Source: a virus (Duplodnaviria > Caudoviricetes). Taken from it: DNA of 37,949 nucleotides. The notes beneath the pieces were generated by a model. The model saw only the letters and a list, made by a program, of their open reading frames with translations. It searched no databases and was not told where the DNA came from. The stretch is from IMG/VR virus record IMGVR_UViG_3300040733_000124, positions 1 through 37,949 of that record. One strand, written 5' to 3'. Shown in pieces: positions 17,897 to 27,305 of this stretch. Numbering within the stretch: the first letter of the stretch is position 1; the number at the start of each line of letters is the position of its first letter. The translations under genes and the position numbers were made by a program.

Positions 17897-19765
17897 TTAC
17901 TGAATGCCTTTATTGATAATACGCCTTGTCGGGATCTGATTGTTTTTAACTTTCTCGATATGTTCGGCCAGCATCTTCAGGCTCGGGGTCCATTGGTTAT
18001 CGGCACAGGCAGCCGCGATAACTTCGCAGTCCAGGTAATGGTTGTCGCGGCGGCGCTTCACCCACTCGAGCTTGTTCCGCTTTCCGCGGCGCAGTTCCTC
18101 CGCGAGCAGTTGCCGGGCATAACCTTCATCAGTTTCCGCGTGCAGGGAGAAATACTGCGATTCCTCTTCTTTCCGATCGAGCCGCCAATGGATGAGACTT
18201 TTGTATTGCGAGACATCAAGCAACCGCAGCTCGAGGCCTCCCGGGATCGCCTTATTCGATTTCGGCATCCTGTCAATTGTGCTAACCCGGATCCTCTGCA
18301 ATTTTTCCTTGTCGCCCTTGGTCCCAAACAGGATCCTTCTCTTTGTATGTTTCCTCAAAAATATATATATTTCCTCGGTCCGCGACCACCCGTCCTCGTC
18401 CTCCCCTTCGCCTCCCCCTGTATCCATACCAGCCCTCCAAATACCGAGGGAATTTTCGGAATCCTGGACCTTGTAGGTTGTCTCGAACAGGAGCTGCTCG
18501 ACGTCCTCGAACTTCGTGAGGTATCCGTTGTCGACCAGGTGATTATTCAGCAGAGCGTCCCAGGCCCTGACCACGTACCAAAACCCGTATTTCTGGACGT
18601 CGACTCCGGCCGTCAGAGCCAGGGCCCAGCGCGGGACTATCAGCCGCGGGAGTTCCGTCTTATGCTTGAGGACCTCAGTCTCGGCCTTCGGCTGAACCTT
18701 CTTGGACCATCCTTCCGCCTTGTGCTGGGTCACAAAAAGCTTGAGCTTCCCGGGATCCTCCTGGCCCCTGAGGAAATCGGCGGCCACCTGGGAAAGGGAC
18801 ATGGGGATCGTGCTCCAGCTTGGCAGGTGAAAGGCGATCGACATCGGCCGGTCGACCGGATTGTCCGGGATCCACTTGCCGGCCATGGCTGCCAGGTTCC
18901 GCTTGTAATCGTCCCAGGCCATTCCGCAATGCTCGCAGAGGTAATATGCGAGCCTTCTCCTGATGATCTCCCGGGGATCCCGGACGTCCTTCGGCCACTT
19001 TATATTGTCGAATTTCATCAGTTGGTATTCGCCGCAAAGAACGCATTTCACATAATAGCGCCGGATTTCGTCAGCCTCGCGCTCCATGGCCACCGTTATC
19101 GGGTCCTCGTCCAGGTTGGGTGTCGAGAACTTCATTATTTTCTTTGTGAACGGGTAGGCATTGGTCCTGATCTCTGCAGAGGAAAGCGGATCGATTTCGC
19201 GGCCGGACTCGAGCGGGTATTTGTCTGTCTCATCTTCGAATAAATGCATGACGGACTCGGAGGCCAGCTGGGCTGATGAGCCGGCCCAGGCCATCATCAA
19301 ATCCACACCGTTTATGAACCGTACATAGAATGTCTGCAGGTCGTCGGGGTTCGGGCTGAGCAGCTCGCGCAGTCGCGGAGATCTCAGAAGCATGGGCAGT
19401 ATCCGGCGCTTGCTGAGGCGCTTCATTTCCTTCTCACCTGGCATGACATACATAATGGGCCCGGGGAGCTGGTCGATTGAATATCCCATACAGTTGAAGG
19501 CGATCTGAGTTTTGCACACCTGGGGCGCCATGCAGAGGATTATCTTCCGGACGTACGGCAAACCATAACAGTCCATCGGCTCGATCGCGTACGGAGCCAG
19601 GTCATTGCGCCAGGGCCCCGGGAACGGGCCGCTCTCGACAATCCGGTACCGCTCGGCCCATTGGGAAACGGTGAGGCGCTCCCTGGGCTTGAATATGCGG
19701 CGCTCTCCAGGAGTGAACTGGAAAGTATAAGGTTTGAGGATGTCAGGCGCTGCGGATGAGCTCAT
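17897..19765 (-). CDS. terL: Terminase large subunit, lambda gpA family
   Basis: TVSQWAERYR, PQVCKT Walker A variant, DETDKY, STP, CxxC pairs, GVDVQ, NHYLDCEV. Confidence 0.95.
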   Translation of the reverse strand: MSSSAAPDILKPYTFQFTPGERRIFKPRERLTVSQWAERYRIVESGPFPGPWRNDLAPYAIEPMDCYGLPYVRKIILCMAPQVCKTQIAFNCMGYSIDQLPGPIMYVMPGEKEMKRLSKRRILPMLLRSPRLRELLSPNPDDLQTFYVRFINGVDLMMAWAGSSAQLASESVMHLFEDETDKYPLESGREIDPLSSAEIRTNAYPFTKKIMKFSTPNLDEDPITVAMEREADEIRRYYVKCVLCGEYQLMKFDNIKWPKDVRDPREIIRRRLAYYLCEHCGMAWDDYKRNLAAMAGKWIPDNPVDRPMSIAFHLPSWSTIPMSLSQVAADFLRGQEDPGKLKLFVTQHKAEGWSKKVQPKAETEVLKHKTELPRLIVPRWALALTAGVDVQKYGFWYVVRAWDALLNNHLVDNGYLTKFEDVEQLLFETTYKVQDSENSLGIWRAGMDTGGGEGEDEDGWSRTEEIYIFLRKHTKRRILFGTKGDKEKLQRIRVSTIDRMPKSNKAIPGGLELRLLDVSQYKSLIHWRLDRKEEESQYFSLHAETDEGYARQLLAEELRRGKRNKLEWVKRRRDNHYLDCEVIAAACADNQWTPSLKMLAEHIEKVKNNQIPTRRIINKGIQ

Positions 19766-20040
19766 AATAGCTTTTCGGATCTCAGGTCCTTGAAACTATC
19801 CGGATGCCAAAATACTTTCCAGCCGCGGCGGAATCGGCCGGTCGTTTCGCACGCCGACCGCCCGGGCGGCTCGATAAAGGCGACGAGGGCCTCGGCAATT
19901 GACTGCCCGTTATTCCTGAATATTATTTTATCCCCTACCTGGCAAGGAGGCCTAAATTGGAAGCTCCAGAATTCCATGCTGCCGGCAGGCGGCTCTTCCC
20001 AGAAGTGATCCAGGGCGTGATATGGGACGTTGATGTTCAT
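19762..20040 (-). CDS. ASCH/EVE (PUA-like) domain protein
   Basis: FW.F..RP..QVGDKIIF...G..IAEALV pattern; ATGA-coupled to terL. Confidence 0.5.
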   Translation of the reverse strand: MNINVPYHALDHFWEEPPAGSMEFWSFQFRPPCQVGDKIIFRNNGQSIAEALVAFIEPPGRSACETTGRFRRGWKVFWHPDSFKDLRSEKLL

Positions 20041-20074
20041 GATGATCTCTCAGTTTTTCAAGGAACTCCATTCA

Positions 20075-20554
20075 TCACGGCTTGCCAGATGTGCTGTCAT
20101 TGATGCCGTTCAGATAGGTGGCAATCGCTCTACCTGCCTCATATGCATCCACCATATTCAGCAGCGAGGTGTAATCCATAAACCAGTTGACCATCCGGCG
20201 CATAAGACCGGCCTGTTCCCCTTTGGCATGCAATCCGAATATTGGGATCCCGGAGGCCCACGCGGCGCCGACCTCGGCCCAGGCATCAGTACCGCTGGGC
20301 CCTACATAAATAACGAGATCTGCTTGTGTGGCGCTGCCAGTATCGTATTCAAAAGACTTACGACCGCGGTCGGACCAGATCCACTCGTCGAAGTTCATCG
20401 CTTTTCCGTCAGCGCCAATTGCCAAATGGCCAGCCTGCTCCCCGTGATTATTTCGAACGAAACTAAGGACCTCGTGGGCGGCTTGTTCCAGAAATTTTGT
20501 GAGCATTTCAACGGCGTGCTGATTTTTCCAACTCGAGGCGATATATATTTTCAT
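20075..20554 (-). CDS. Nucleoside 2-deoxyribosyltransferase-like protein
   Basis: MKIYIASSW, FEYD...ADLVIYV.PSGTDAWAEVGAA...GIPI. Confidence 0.75.
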   Translation of the reverse strand: MKIYIASSWKNQHAVEMLTKFLEQAAHEVLSFVRNNHGEQAGHLAIGADGKAMNFDEWIWSDRGRKSFEYDTGSATQADLVIYVGPSGTDAWAEVGAAWASGIPIFGLHAKGEQAGLMRRMVNWFMDYTSLLNMVDAYEAGRAIATYLNGINDSTSGKP

Positions 20555-21429
20555 TCTTCTTCCTCCTCATTACCAGCCTCACCTTCCGGATCCGGAATTG
20601 TCGCCGGCGCTATGAATTTCTGTCCTTCTGCCGAATACCTGGCCAGCATCTTCTCTTTTTCAGAAAGGCAGAAATCTATCAGGTCCGGAATTTTATCCGG
20701 ATTACCACCGACCAGGTCCACTATTCCGGCCGCCTGGGATCTGAAAAAATTGTCGAGGTCCGTTGAAAATAAGGAAGCCCGAGCAGCTACCTCGCTATTA
20801 TGGAAATCTAATGTAATGTATTTTTCAGAGGAGGCCTTTGCCCTGGCCTCCCAATGAACAGCCTGGGCCTCAGTTTTCTTTATTTCCGCTCTGAGTTTTG
20901 CCTCCTGGAGTTGCTCGTTGAGATCTCCGGCTTTTTTCCCATCCAGTCTCTTCAGGTGATCGAACGCATATTTTTCGACATCCTTGAGGTAAAACAGCCC
21001 ATCCTCCCTGGGCTTGATCTTCCCTTTACGTTTATCTTCATAAATAGACGACTTCCCTGCCTTCCACCCATTGTCTTTTAGATGTTTGATAACGGTCAAG
21101 AGGTTGGGAAATGTTTTCTCGGCCTCGATATATAATCCCGACAGGGTAGCCACGAAGTCCTTCAGGCTTTTCTCGGCAGATTTCCAGTTCTTCAGATTGG
21201 CCGCGGTTGAATCCTTCTGGTATGCCTGCAGGCTGCTTATGACCCCATTGTAAAGAACCTTGAGCTTTATCTCGTCCTGCTCGTTCACTACCTCGAGGAG
21301 CTGCTTTATTTTCTTCTGGTCAATGCCGGCGCCGGGTATAGCCATGCAAACAAGCTCAGCTTTCTTCTGAATATTCTGTTTTTCCCAATCAATCCCCGAT
21401 TGGAATGAATCTGGATTTTTCTTTTGCAT
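20551..21429 (-). CDS. Putative terminase small subunit (Nu1-like)
   Basis: Winged HTH-like KSSIYEDKRKGKI..DGLF followed by coiled coil LQEAKLRAEIKK; between cos and terL; start ATG 21429 or GTG 21483. Confidence 0.55.
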   Translation of the reverse strand: MQKKNPDSFQSGIDWEKQNIQKKAELVCMAIPGAGIDQKKIKQLLEVVNEQDEIKLKVLYNGVISSLQAYQKDSTAANLKNWKSAEKSLKDFVATLSGLYIEAEKTFPNLLTVIKHLKDNGWKAGKSSIYEDKRKGKIKPREDGLFYLKDVEKYAFDHLKRLDGKKAGDLNEQLQEAKLRAEIKKTEAQAVHWEARAKASSEKYITLDFHNSEVAARASLFSTDLDNFFRSQAAGIVDLVGGNPDKIPDLIDFCLSEKEKMLARYSAEGQKFIAPATIPDPEGEAGNEEEEE

Positions 21430-21531
21430 GACACCCTTTGTTCGTGGTATCGGGCTCATGCGGATGGTAGTGACTTCGGTCACCCTGTCTCACTCACAGG
21501 TTCCATGGGAGTTGGCGCTCCCTTGAGAATG

Positions 21532-22845
21532 CTATCCGCGCTCCTTTAAAACGGCTTTATTTCCCGTCAATTCCTCCCATCTCCTGACAATCACATCGCA
21601 GAACTTCTCTGATAATTCCATGCTGTAACAGGCCCGCCCCACTTCCTCGGCGGCAACCAGGGTACTGCCGCTCCCTCCGAACGTGTCGACGACTAGGTCC
21701 CCAGGCTTTGAGCTGTTGCGGATACTCCGCGCGCACAGGCCGATCGGCTTCATAGTGGGATGATCGGCGCTCTTCTGCGGTTTAGCGAACTCCCAAATAT
21801 CGCTCTCGATCCCGCAGGCCTCGACTCTGACCAGGGGAACATTGTCGATATCCAGCTTCACGCTCTCTCTCCCATAGACATCCCCCAGGCTCCGGATCCC
21901 GGACCAATAATGCGAGCTCCCTTCAAACCACCCGTAAAGGATCGGCTCGTACTGCCGCTGATAATTCGAGCGGCCGATCGTGAAAACGTTTTTCACCCAG
22001 ATAATGAAAGTGGACCAGTGGCCTCCGCAGCTCATGAATGCCAGCTGCAGGGTGTGGAGCTCGCTGCTGGACATGCAGATGTAAACATCGCCCTGGACGT
22101 ATGGTCGCAGCGAGGAGATCGCGTTAAAAAGAAAATTATAAAAGCCTTCGGTCGATTTGAAATGATCATTGAGAATGGTGCGGCCGGCGTTCGCCTTTGA
22201 GACCTTGCGCCGGAGCTTGTCCTTCATGGTGTTTCCATAATTCACATTGTACGGCGGATCTGTGAAGACCATGTTGGCGGTCCGGCCATTCATCAGCCTG
22301 GCCATCTCGGCCGGTACAGTCGAATCCCCGCACATCAGCCTATGCTCGCCCAGCTGGTAAATATACCCGCGCTTTGTAAAGGGATCGGTTATGCTCCCGA
22401 CCGCGGCATCAATATCGAAATTGTCCTCGAAGACCTCTCCCGGGAAGAGGCGCTCTATCTCGGGGACCTGGAATCCGGTGAGCTCGATATCGATATCGAA
22501 TTTTTCAATCTCGATGAGCAGGTCCTTCAGCCGCGGCATGTCCCATCTCTCCGGCTCGCTGCCGATCTTGTTCAGGGCCAGGCCCAGAACCTTCTCCTGC
22601 TCTTCTGAAAGATCGACAACTGAGACCTCAATCTGTTCGACGCCCAGGCTGTTTAATATTTCCCATCGCTGATGGCCCCCGACAATGTTCCCCGTCCTCT
22701 CATTCCAGATAATGGGATCCACGTAGCCGAACTCTGTGATCGACCTCTCGAGGCTACTGAAGAACTTGTCCCCGGGTTTTATTTTCTTCCGGGCGTGGTA
22801 TCCGGCGGGCCGGAGGTCCTGGATATTCAATAATCTAATTTCCAT
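21532..22845 (-). CDS. ParB-N domain fused beta-class N6A/N4C DNA methyltransferase
   Basis: FGYVDPIIWN..IVGGHQR; HRLMCGDST; FTDPPY; HPTMKP; DTFGGSGST. Confidence 0.93.
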   Translation of the reverse strand: MEIRLLNIQDLRPAGYHARKKIKPGDKFFSSLERSITEFGYVDPIIWNERTGNIVGGHQRWEILNSLGVEQIEVSVVDLSEEQEKVLGLALNKIGSEPERWDMPRLKDLLIEIEKFDIDIELTGFQVPEIERLFPGEVFEDNFDIDAAVGSITDPFTKRGYIYQLGEHRLMCGDSTVPAEMARLMNGRTANMVFTDPPYNVNYGNTMKDKLRRKVSKANAGRTILNDHFKSTEGFYNFLFNAISSLRPYVQGDVYICMSSSELHTLQLAFMSCGGHWSTFIIWVKNVFTIGRSNYQRQYEPILYGWFEGSSHYWSGIRSLGDVYGRESVKLDIDNVPLVRVEACGIESDIWEFAKPQKSADHPTMKPIGLCARSIRNSSKPGDLVVDTFGGSGSTLVAAEEVGRACYSMELSEKFCDVIVRRWEELTGNKAVLKERG

Positions 22846-23281
22846 GCAGCTGCCGACCCCTCTCGATAGCCTCAAATCGTTTTTTCCAGAGTCTGACCGT
22901 CTCCTGGGTGACGTCCAGGACCTCCGCTATCTTCCAGTTATCGATCTCGAATCCCAGGAGGATTGAGATCAGAATGGTCTCCCGAAAATCAAAATGGGAT
23001 CCCGCCAGGAAAGTCCCCGTGAGCGCCGTGAAGAACATTCTGCAGCGCCGGCAGTTAAGGCGGCTGCCTGACCAAAATCTCTGCAATCTAGTTTCGTCCG
23101 ATATGGGGATCCCGCAGTTCGGACATATAGGTTCTCCCGGGTGGAGCTTTTTCAGAACCCATTGCCGGCAGTATGTTTCATCCAAAAATACCGCAATGAT
23201 CTCTTGCAGGATGTCCTTCGGGCCGAATACACAGGGCGTATTCGAATCTTGATTATTTGCTGTATTTTCAGTTAGTTCCAT
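22835..23281 (-). CDS. IS1595-transposase-like Zn ribbon + HTH protein, no DDE domain
   Basis: FLDETYC..HP..PICPNCG..LNCRRCR.FFTALTGTFL then IAEVLDVTQETVRLW. Confidence 0.7.
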   Translation of the reverse strand: MELTENTANNQDSNTPCVFGPKDILQEIIAVFLDETYCRQWVLKKLHPGEPICPNCGIPISDETRLQRFWSGSRLNCRRCRMFFTALTGTFLAGSHFDFRETILISILLGFEIDNWKIAEVLDVTQETVRLWKKRFEAIERGRQLHGN

Positions 23282-23311
23282 TTTTCCACTCGGAAAAAAA
23301 TTCCAAAGCTC

Positions 23312-23364
23312 GCGAAACCCGCGCCGCTCGTACCCGCAAGAGAGCAAAGCGCTGGAAGGACCCG
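23312..23364 (-). other. cos site (cosQ + cosN)
   Basis: Minus strand CGGGTCCTTCC...TTGCG GGTACGAGCGG CGCGGGTTTCGC parallels lambda CGGGTCCTTTCC...TTACG GGGCGGCGACCT CGCGGGTTTTCGC. Confidence 0.8.
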
Positions 23365-23367
23365 CGA

Positions 23368-24012
23368 TTATTTCTTGTTGAGGTAGTAGTCGATCTCATG
23401 TTCGAATATCTGTTTGAACTTTTCGTTAATGAATTTAACCGTATTGTCCATTATCTTTTTGCTTCCGAAAAGCAGAGCAATACCAGGGCCGAGCAGTTGC
23501 TTGATAGGAAGCCTCGATTCCCCTTCTCTTTGAAATATCCCGATGTGCCCTGATTTCGTTCTGGTCATGAACGGCTTGGGATCCCCTGTTACAGGCTTTC
23601 TGCTGCCCTTCTTTACTTCGACAGTCACCTGCCCGCCGGCGATTCCGGTATACCACCCGACTTTCGAATAGGCCAAACGCCCTGCAGCAATGGCATTCTT
23701 GGTATACCTCATGCCCCTCTTCGTGATCTGTACCCCTGCCTGGACGGCGCCGAATACGGCGAGTGCCAGGCCGCGGCCGATTCCTGAGATCACTGCCTCC
23801 ATTACATTTCCCCTGGCGCGCGAGGAGATCCTCAGGAACTGATTTAATTTGTTGGCAGGAATGTTGTATTCCTCCCTGATCTGCTTCGATACTTGGGTCT
23901 TTGCCTGGGATGCTGTCTTATTCAGAGCGCTGTTTGCAGCCTGGCGGACCTTATCGGGATCGAATTTCTTGAGCGCCTCCTCGATTCCAGTCATCTTGAT
24001 ATCAACGTTCAT
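23368..24012 (-). CDS. Minor tail protein Z-like (tail completion)
   Basis: ALNKTA..AKT, IREEYNI, GHIGIFQR..RLPIKQLLGP. Confidence 0.8.
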   Translation of the reverse strand: MNVDIKMTGIEEALKKFDPDKVRQAANSALNKTASQAKTQVSKQIREEYNIPANKLNQFLRISSRARGNVMEAVISGIGRGLALAVFGAVQAGVQITKRGMRYTKNAIAAGRLAYSKVGWYTGIAGGQVTVEVKKGSRKPVTGDPKPFMTRTKSGHIGIFQREGESRLPIKQLLGPGIALLFGSKKIMDNTVKFINEKFKQIFEHEIDYYLNKK

Positions 24013-24024
24013 TTCATTCCTCCC

Positions 24025-24336
24025 CTATCTCTTATGCTTCAATTTGATACAGTCGTTCTTCATGAGTTCGCGGAGATCTTGGATAGCATCAAAGAAAAGG
24101 CCCTCAGCCCTGGTCGCCATCTCCCAGCGTTCAGTCTGGTTTCTCATCAGTCCGGGCTCAAAAGAGAGGGCTGGGTTACCGTCGATCTCGACCAGATAAA
24201 TGCCGAATTCCTCGATCGTCCCCAGGTATTCGTACAGCCTGACGAGCTTTGGGCTGTCCTCGATACGCCGCAACGCCCCTGACTGATTACGCTTTTTGAA
24301 CGGGTCATATTTGTCTTTCAGTTTCTCGATTCCCAT
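24025..24336 (-). CDS. Hypothetical protein
   Basis: GGAGG RBS; 103 aa ORF in operon orientation. Confidence 0.7.
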   Translation of the reverse strand: MGIEKLKDKYDPFKKRNQSGALRRIEDSPKLVRLYEYLGTIEEFGIYLVEIDGNPALSFEPGLMRNQTERWEMATRAEGLFFDAIQDLRELMKNDCIKLKHKR

Positions 24337-24351
24337 TCTCTTCGTCCTCCC

Positions 24352-24627
24352 TGGTCCGGGTGGTCCGGGCTGGTCCGGGCGCCTGGTCCGGGAGAATCCT
24401 CAATGAAATCAAAGGTGGTCCGGGTGGTCTGGGTGATTTTTAATAAAAACAAAATGTAATTAGAAATATACTTACGCGTAAACGCGCGCGTAAATGCGCG
24501 CGCATGTGCATTGTTATTGTATTTTGCCCGGACCACCCGGACCACCCGGGGAATATCAATACTGATAAGAGATTCCCCGGTCCGGGTGATTTTTTTTGCC
24601 CGGACCGCACCCGGACCACCCGGACCG
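24352..24627. repeat. Putative replication origin: TGGTCCGGG iterons converging on AT-rich core
   Basis: Six direct copies 24352-24433, five inverted (CCCGGACC) plus one direct copy 24527-24627; immediately downstream of primase-helicase. Confidence 0.8.
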
Positions 24628-24708
24628 GCTGAGGCCGCCAGATGATGGATTCTGGTGCGCGGAGCAAAACGAGGGGGCCGGGGGAAAGCGGCGGAAGAAT
24701 TCATTATC

Positions 24709-27063
24709 TTATTCCGGCTCGACATTGAACCCTATCCCTTTGAGCATGTATTCACGGGTCCCTTTCACACGGGGGCGGTACTGCTTTAAATTGTGTATCG
24801 CAGCATAAAGTTCGCGGAAGAAATTCTCCTCGTTCAAAGGAGAATACCCTTTCTCCCCACAGTAGCTGCGATAGTTTTTATATAACTCTGATTTCTTAAC
24901 CTCCTTCGCTTCATCCAGGACACACTGGTCTTCGACGTAACAGAGGATTGGGTTATTGGCACGGCGATATCCCATCAGGATCTCGCGCGTCTCATTACAG
25001 TTTGTAAATCCCTTCTGGTCCCAGAGCCGGTGCAGGCCCAGGATGGCCCAGTGAAAGATCTCGGAGATCTCGCTCTTGAGCGTCTGGAATAGATGCGGAT
25101 CGGCATCCTCCAGGAACTGGCGCTTGAACTGGATCGGCAGAAGGCGCCGGAAAAACCCATCAGAATTGTCCAGGACGCGCGGGAGGCGGTTTGCCGAAAA
25201 GGCCAGCTTCACTGTCGGCTCGAAGGTAAAGGTATTGCGATGTTTGAAGGCGGCGTTGAGCGGATCCCCGCTCGTGATCGCCTTGAAATAGGGACTCTCG
25301 ATCGCTTTGGACCCGACCTCGGTCGAGATATTGAGCAACTTGCCATACAGCGAGGATCTCTGAAACTGATCATCCAGATCATTAAAGGAAACGGACGCGC
25401 AGTTATCCGGGCCCACAAGCTCCCTCAGGATCTTCAGGAAGGTACTTTTGCCATCCGCACCGGGCCCCAACAAAAGGAGGCATTTTTCGTATTCGGTCGA
25501 CGGAGTGAGGCAGTAGCCGGCGAATTCCTGCATTTGAGCAATGACATCCTCGGTCTGGACCGTCTGATCGAGATACTCCAGGAAGCGATCGCATATCCTG
25601 CTCGAATCCTCGTTGTATTCGACGGGCAGGAAAAACGTGCAGAGGAAATCCTTGTCGTGAGGCTGCAGATCCAGGGTGTGAAGATTTAGGAGACCATTCT
25701 GAATGCATATCCAGTCGGTGCGGTCGTTCATCTTGCGATTATGCGGGATTGTAGTCAGTCGCTTCACCTGGTAAACGGCATCCTCGACACGGCTCTTCTG
25801 GGACTCCTTTTCGAGGTGCTTGATACAGATACTGCCAACGTGCTCCTCGTCGTATGTCTCCCAGATCCGGCCATTCCACTTGTAAAGCAGCCCGGTTGCA
25901 GGTTCAAAAAGCAATGAGCTTTCCCTCATAACTTTTTCAGCCAGCAATCTCGGCTTGAATGACAGCCGTTCGTTTACGCCCCTTTCAAAGAACTGTAGGG
26001 GTCCGGGGCGGGCCTCGGTCGACTTTGAGTCGTAAATCTTTGCCTGGTTAATGAGCTCGAGGAGATCCGAGGGCTTCTTTTGATGCTTCACCAGGAAGTC
26101 CGTCAAATCATCCCCATGGTCCTTCGGCCAGGATCCGTCCGGCTGCCGGCCCATGTAATCCGGCCACTCGAGCAAGCGGACGGTTTTAGCAACATCAATC
26201 AGGGCATCAGCTGCATATATGGCATATTTCTGGCCGGCCTGGTCGGCATCGTACGCAATGACGACTTCCCGGCCGCGGAAAGGCGTTAGGTGCTTTTCGC
26301 TCCAGTTCTTTGTTTTGCTGGTCTGGGTAATGGCATTAAAACCGTTGCTGAGGGCACAGAGGGTATCTGGTTCGCCCTCACATAGCAGGACTGGATCGCT
26401 TGAGAGCAGAGGGGCTGCGGGGAAAAGCCTGGAGCTGCCGTACTGCTTGGCCCAGGAAAGGATTTTCAGGGGATCCCCGGGTTTGTATAGCCGGATATTT
26501 GCAAGCTTGCCGTCGACCAGGCGGACAGGAATTGCTATCCGGCCATCCCTTTTTAGCTTGACCAGGGCCCCTTGCTTATTAAGGTAATGGGTCTGCAGCC
26601 GGATGTCCATTAACTCGAGTGTGCGCCTAGTCCATCCTCTGGAGGCCTCCAGCTCGCGGATCCGGGACTCGGGAAGCGGCTCAAAAAGCTCCCAGACGCC
26701 TTCAAGGTCCCCTGGAGGCTCTTTTTCCTCAGAACGGCTCTCGACGTTGGCCGAGGTTGAACGATCGCGCTTTTCCGCGGGGTCTATACCAAACTCCCTG
26801 CAGAAAGCCTGGAAGCCCTCGGCGTCGCTGGAATAACCTCGGAGTTTGTACCATAGCCGAACTAGGTCTCCGCCTTCTCCACAGGAAAAGCAATTATAAA
26901 CGTCTGATCGGTAATTGTAACTGAAGGATGAATTCTTTTCTCCGTGGAGAGGACAGAGGCCGTGCAGTTCCCCCTTTTTGGCATCATGAGTCTTTACCTC
27001 AAAAAGGGACCTGGCGATTCGTTCGCGTTCGGATTCGGAAAAATGATCGAGGGCGATACCCAT
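24709..27063 (-). CDS. P4-family primase-helicase (CHC2 Zn finger, TOPRIM, D5_N, SF3 helicase)
   Basis: CPLH...CFSC; LCEGEPD; YDADQAG; GPGADGKST; FSANRLP; GFFRR. Confidence 0.92.
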   Translation of the reverse strand: MGIALDHFSESERERIARSLFEVKTHDAKKGELHGLCPLHGEKNSSFSYNYRSDVYNCFSCGEGGDLVRLWYKLRGYSSDAEGFQAFCREFGIDPAEKRDRSTSANVESRSEEKEPPGDLEGVWELFEPLPESRIRELEASRGWTRRTLELMDIRLQTHYLNKQGALVKLKRDGRIAIPVRLVDGKLANIRLYKPGDPLKILSWAKQYGSSRLFPAAPLLSSDPVLLCEGEPDTLCALSNGFNAITQTSKTKNWSEKHLTPFRGREVVIAYDADQAGQKYAIYAADALIDVAKTVRLLEWPDYMGRQPDGSWPKDHGDDLTDFLVKHQKKPSDLLELINQAKIYDSKSTEARPGPLQFFERGVNERLSFKPRLLAEKVMRESSLLFEPATGLLYKWNGRIWETYDEEHVGSICIKHLEKESQKSRVEDAVYQVKRLTTIPHNRKMNDRTDWICIQNGLLNLHTLDLQPHDKDFLCTFFLPVEYNEDSSRICDRFLEYLDQTVQTEDVIAQMQEFAGYCLTPSTEYEKCLLLLGPGADGKSTFLKILRELVGPDNCASVSFNDLDDQFQRSSLYGKLLNISTEVGSKAIESPYFKAITSGDPLNAAFKHRNTFTFEPTVKLAFSANRLPRVLDNSDGFFRRLLPIQFKRQFLEDADPHLFQTLKSEISEIFHWAILGLHRLWDQKGFTNCNETREILMGYRRANNPILCYVEDQCVLDEAKEVKKSELYKNYRSYCGEKGYSPLNEENFFRELYAAIHNLKQYRPRVKGTREYMLKGIGFNVEPE

Positions 27064-27285
27064 TTAGAATATGGCCTCCGATTCTCTTTGGTAATGAGAA
27101 CATTCAGCCTGGCTGCAGGTATGTGGATAATGACATTCAAGCATATGGCCAAAGGAACAGAACATGCAGGCCATGGGGTTAAGGGAGCCCAGCTCGCACT
27201 CACCACGATCTATTTTACCGGCTCCCGTTGGAAAGCGTGAAGTCTTCTCGATCTGCTCCATGTTTTTCCTGGATTCAGCATCCAT
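27064..27285 (-). CDS. Small Cys/His-rich protein
   Basis: CMFC..GHMLECHYP..C..A.CSH; RBS AAAGGA. Confidence 0.6.
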   Translation of the reverse strand: MDAESRKNMEQIEKTSRFPTGAGKIDRGECELGSLNPMACMFCSFGHMLECHYPHTCSQAECSHYQRESEAIF

Positions 27286-27305
27286 CCTAAGTTATCCTTT
27301 CTTTG

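Noticed and set aside
17960-19243. 427-aa plus-strand ORF
   Set aside because: Antisense shadow of terL with no motifs; same applies to most plus-strand ORFs left of 35400
22835-23347. Intact IS1595 element
   Set aside because: No DDE domain, terminal inverted repeats or target duplication; the ORF track's 5' extension runs over cos
24318-24725. 135-aa minus ORF across the repeats
   Set aside because: Low-complexity translation of iterons; better explained as origin DNA
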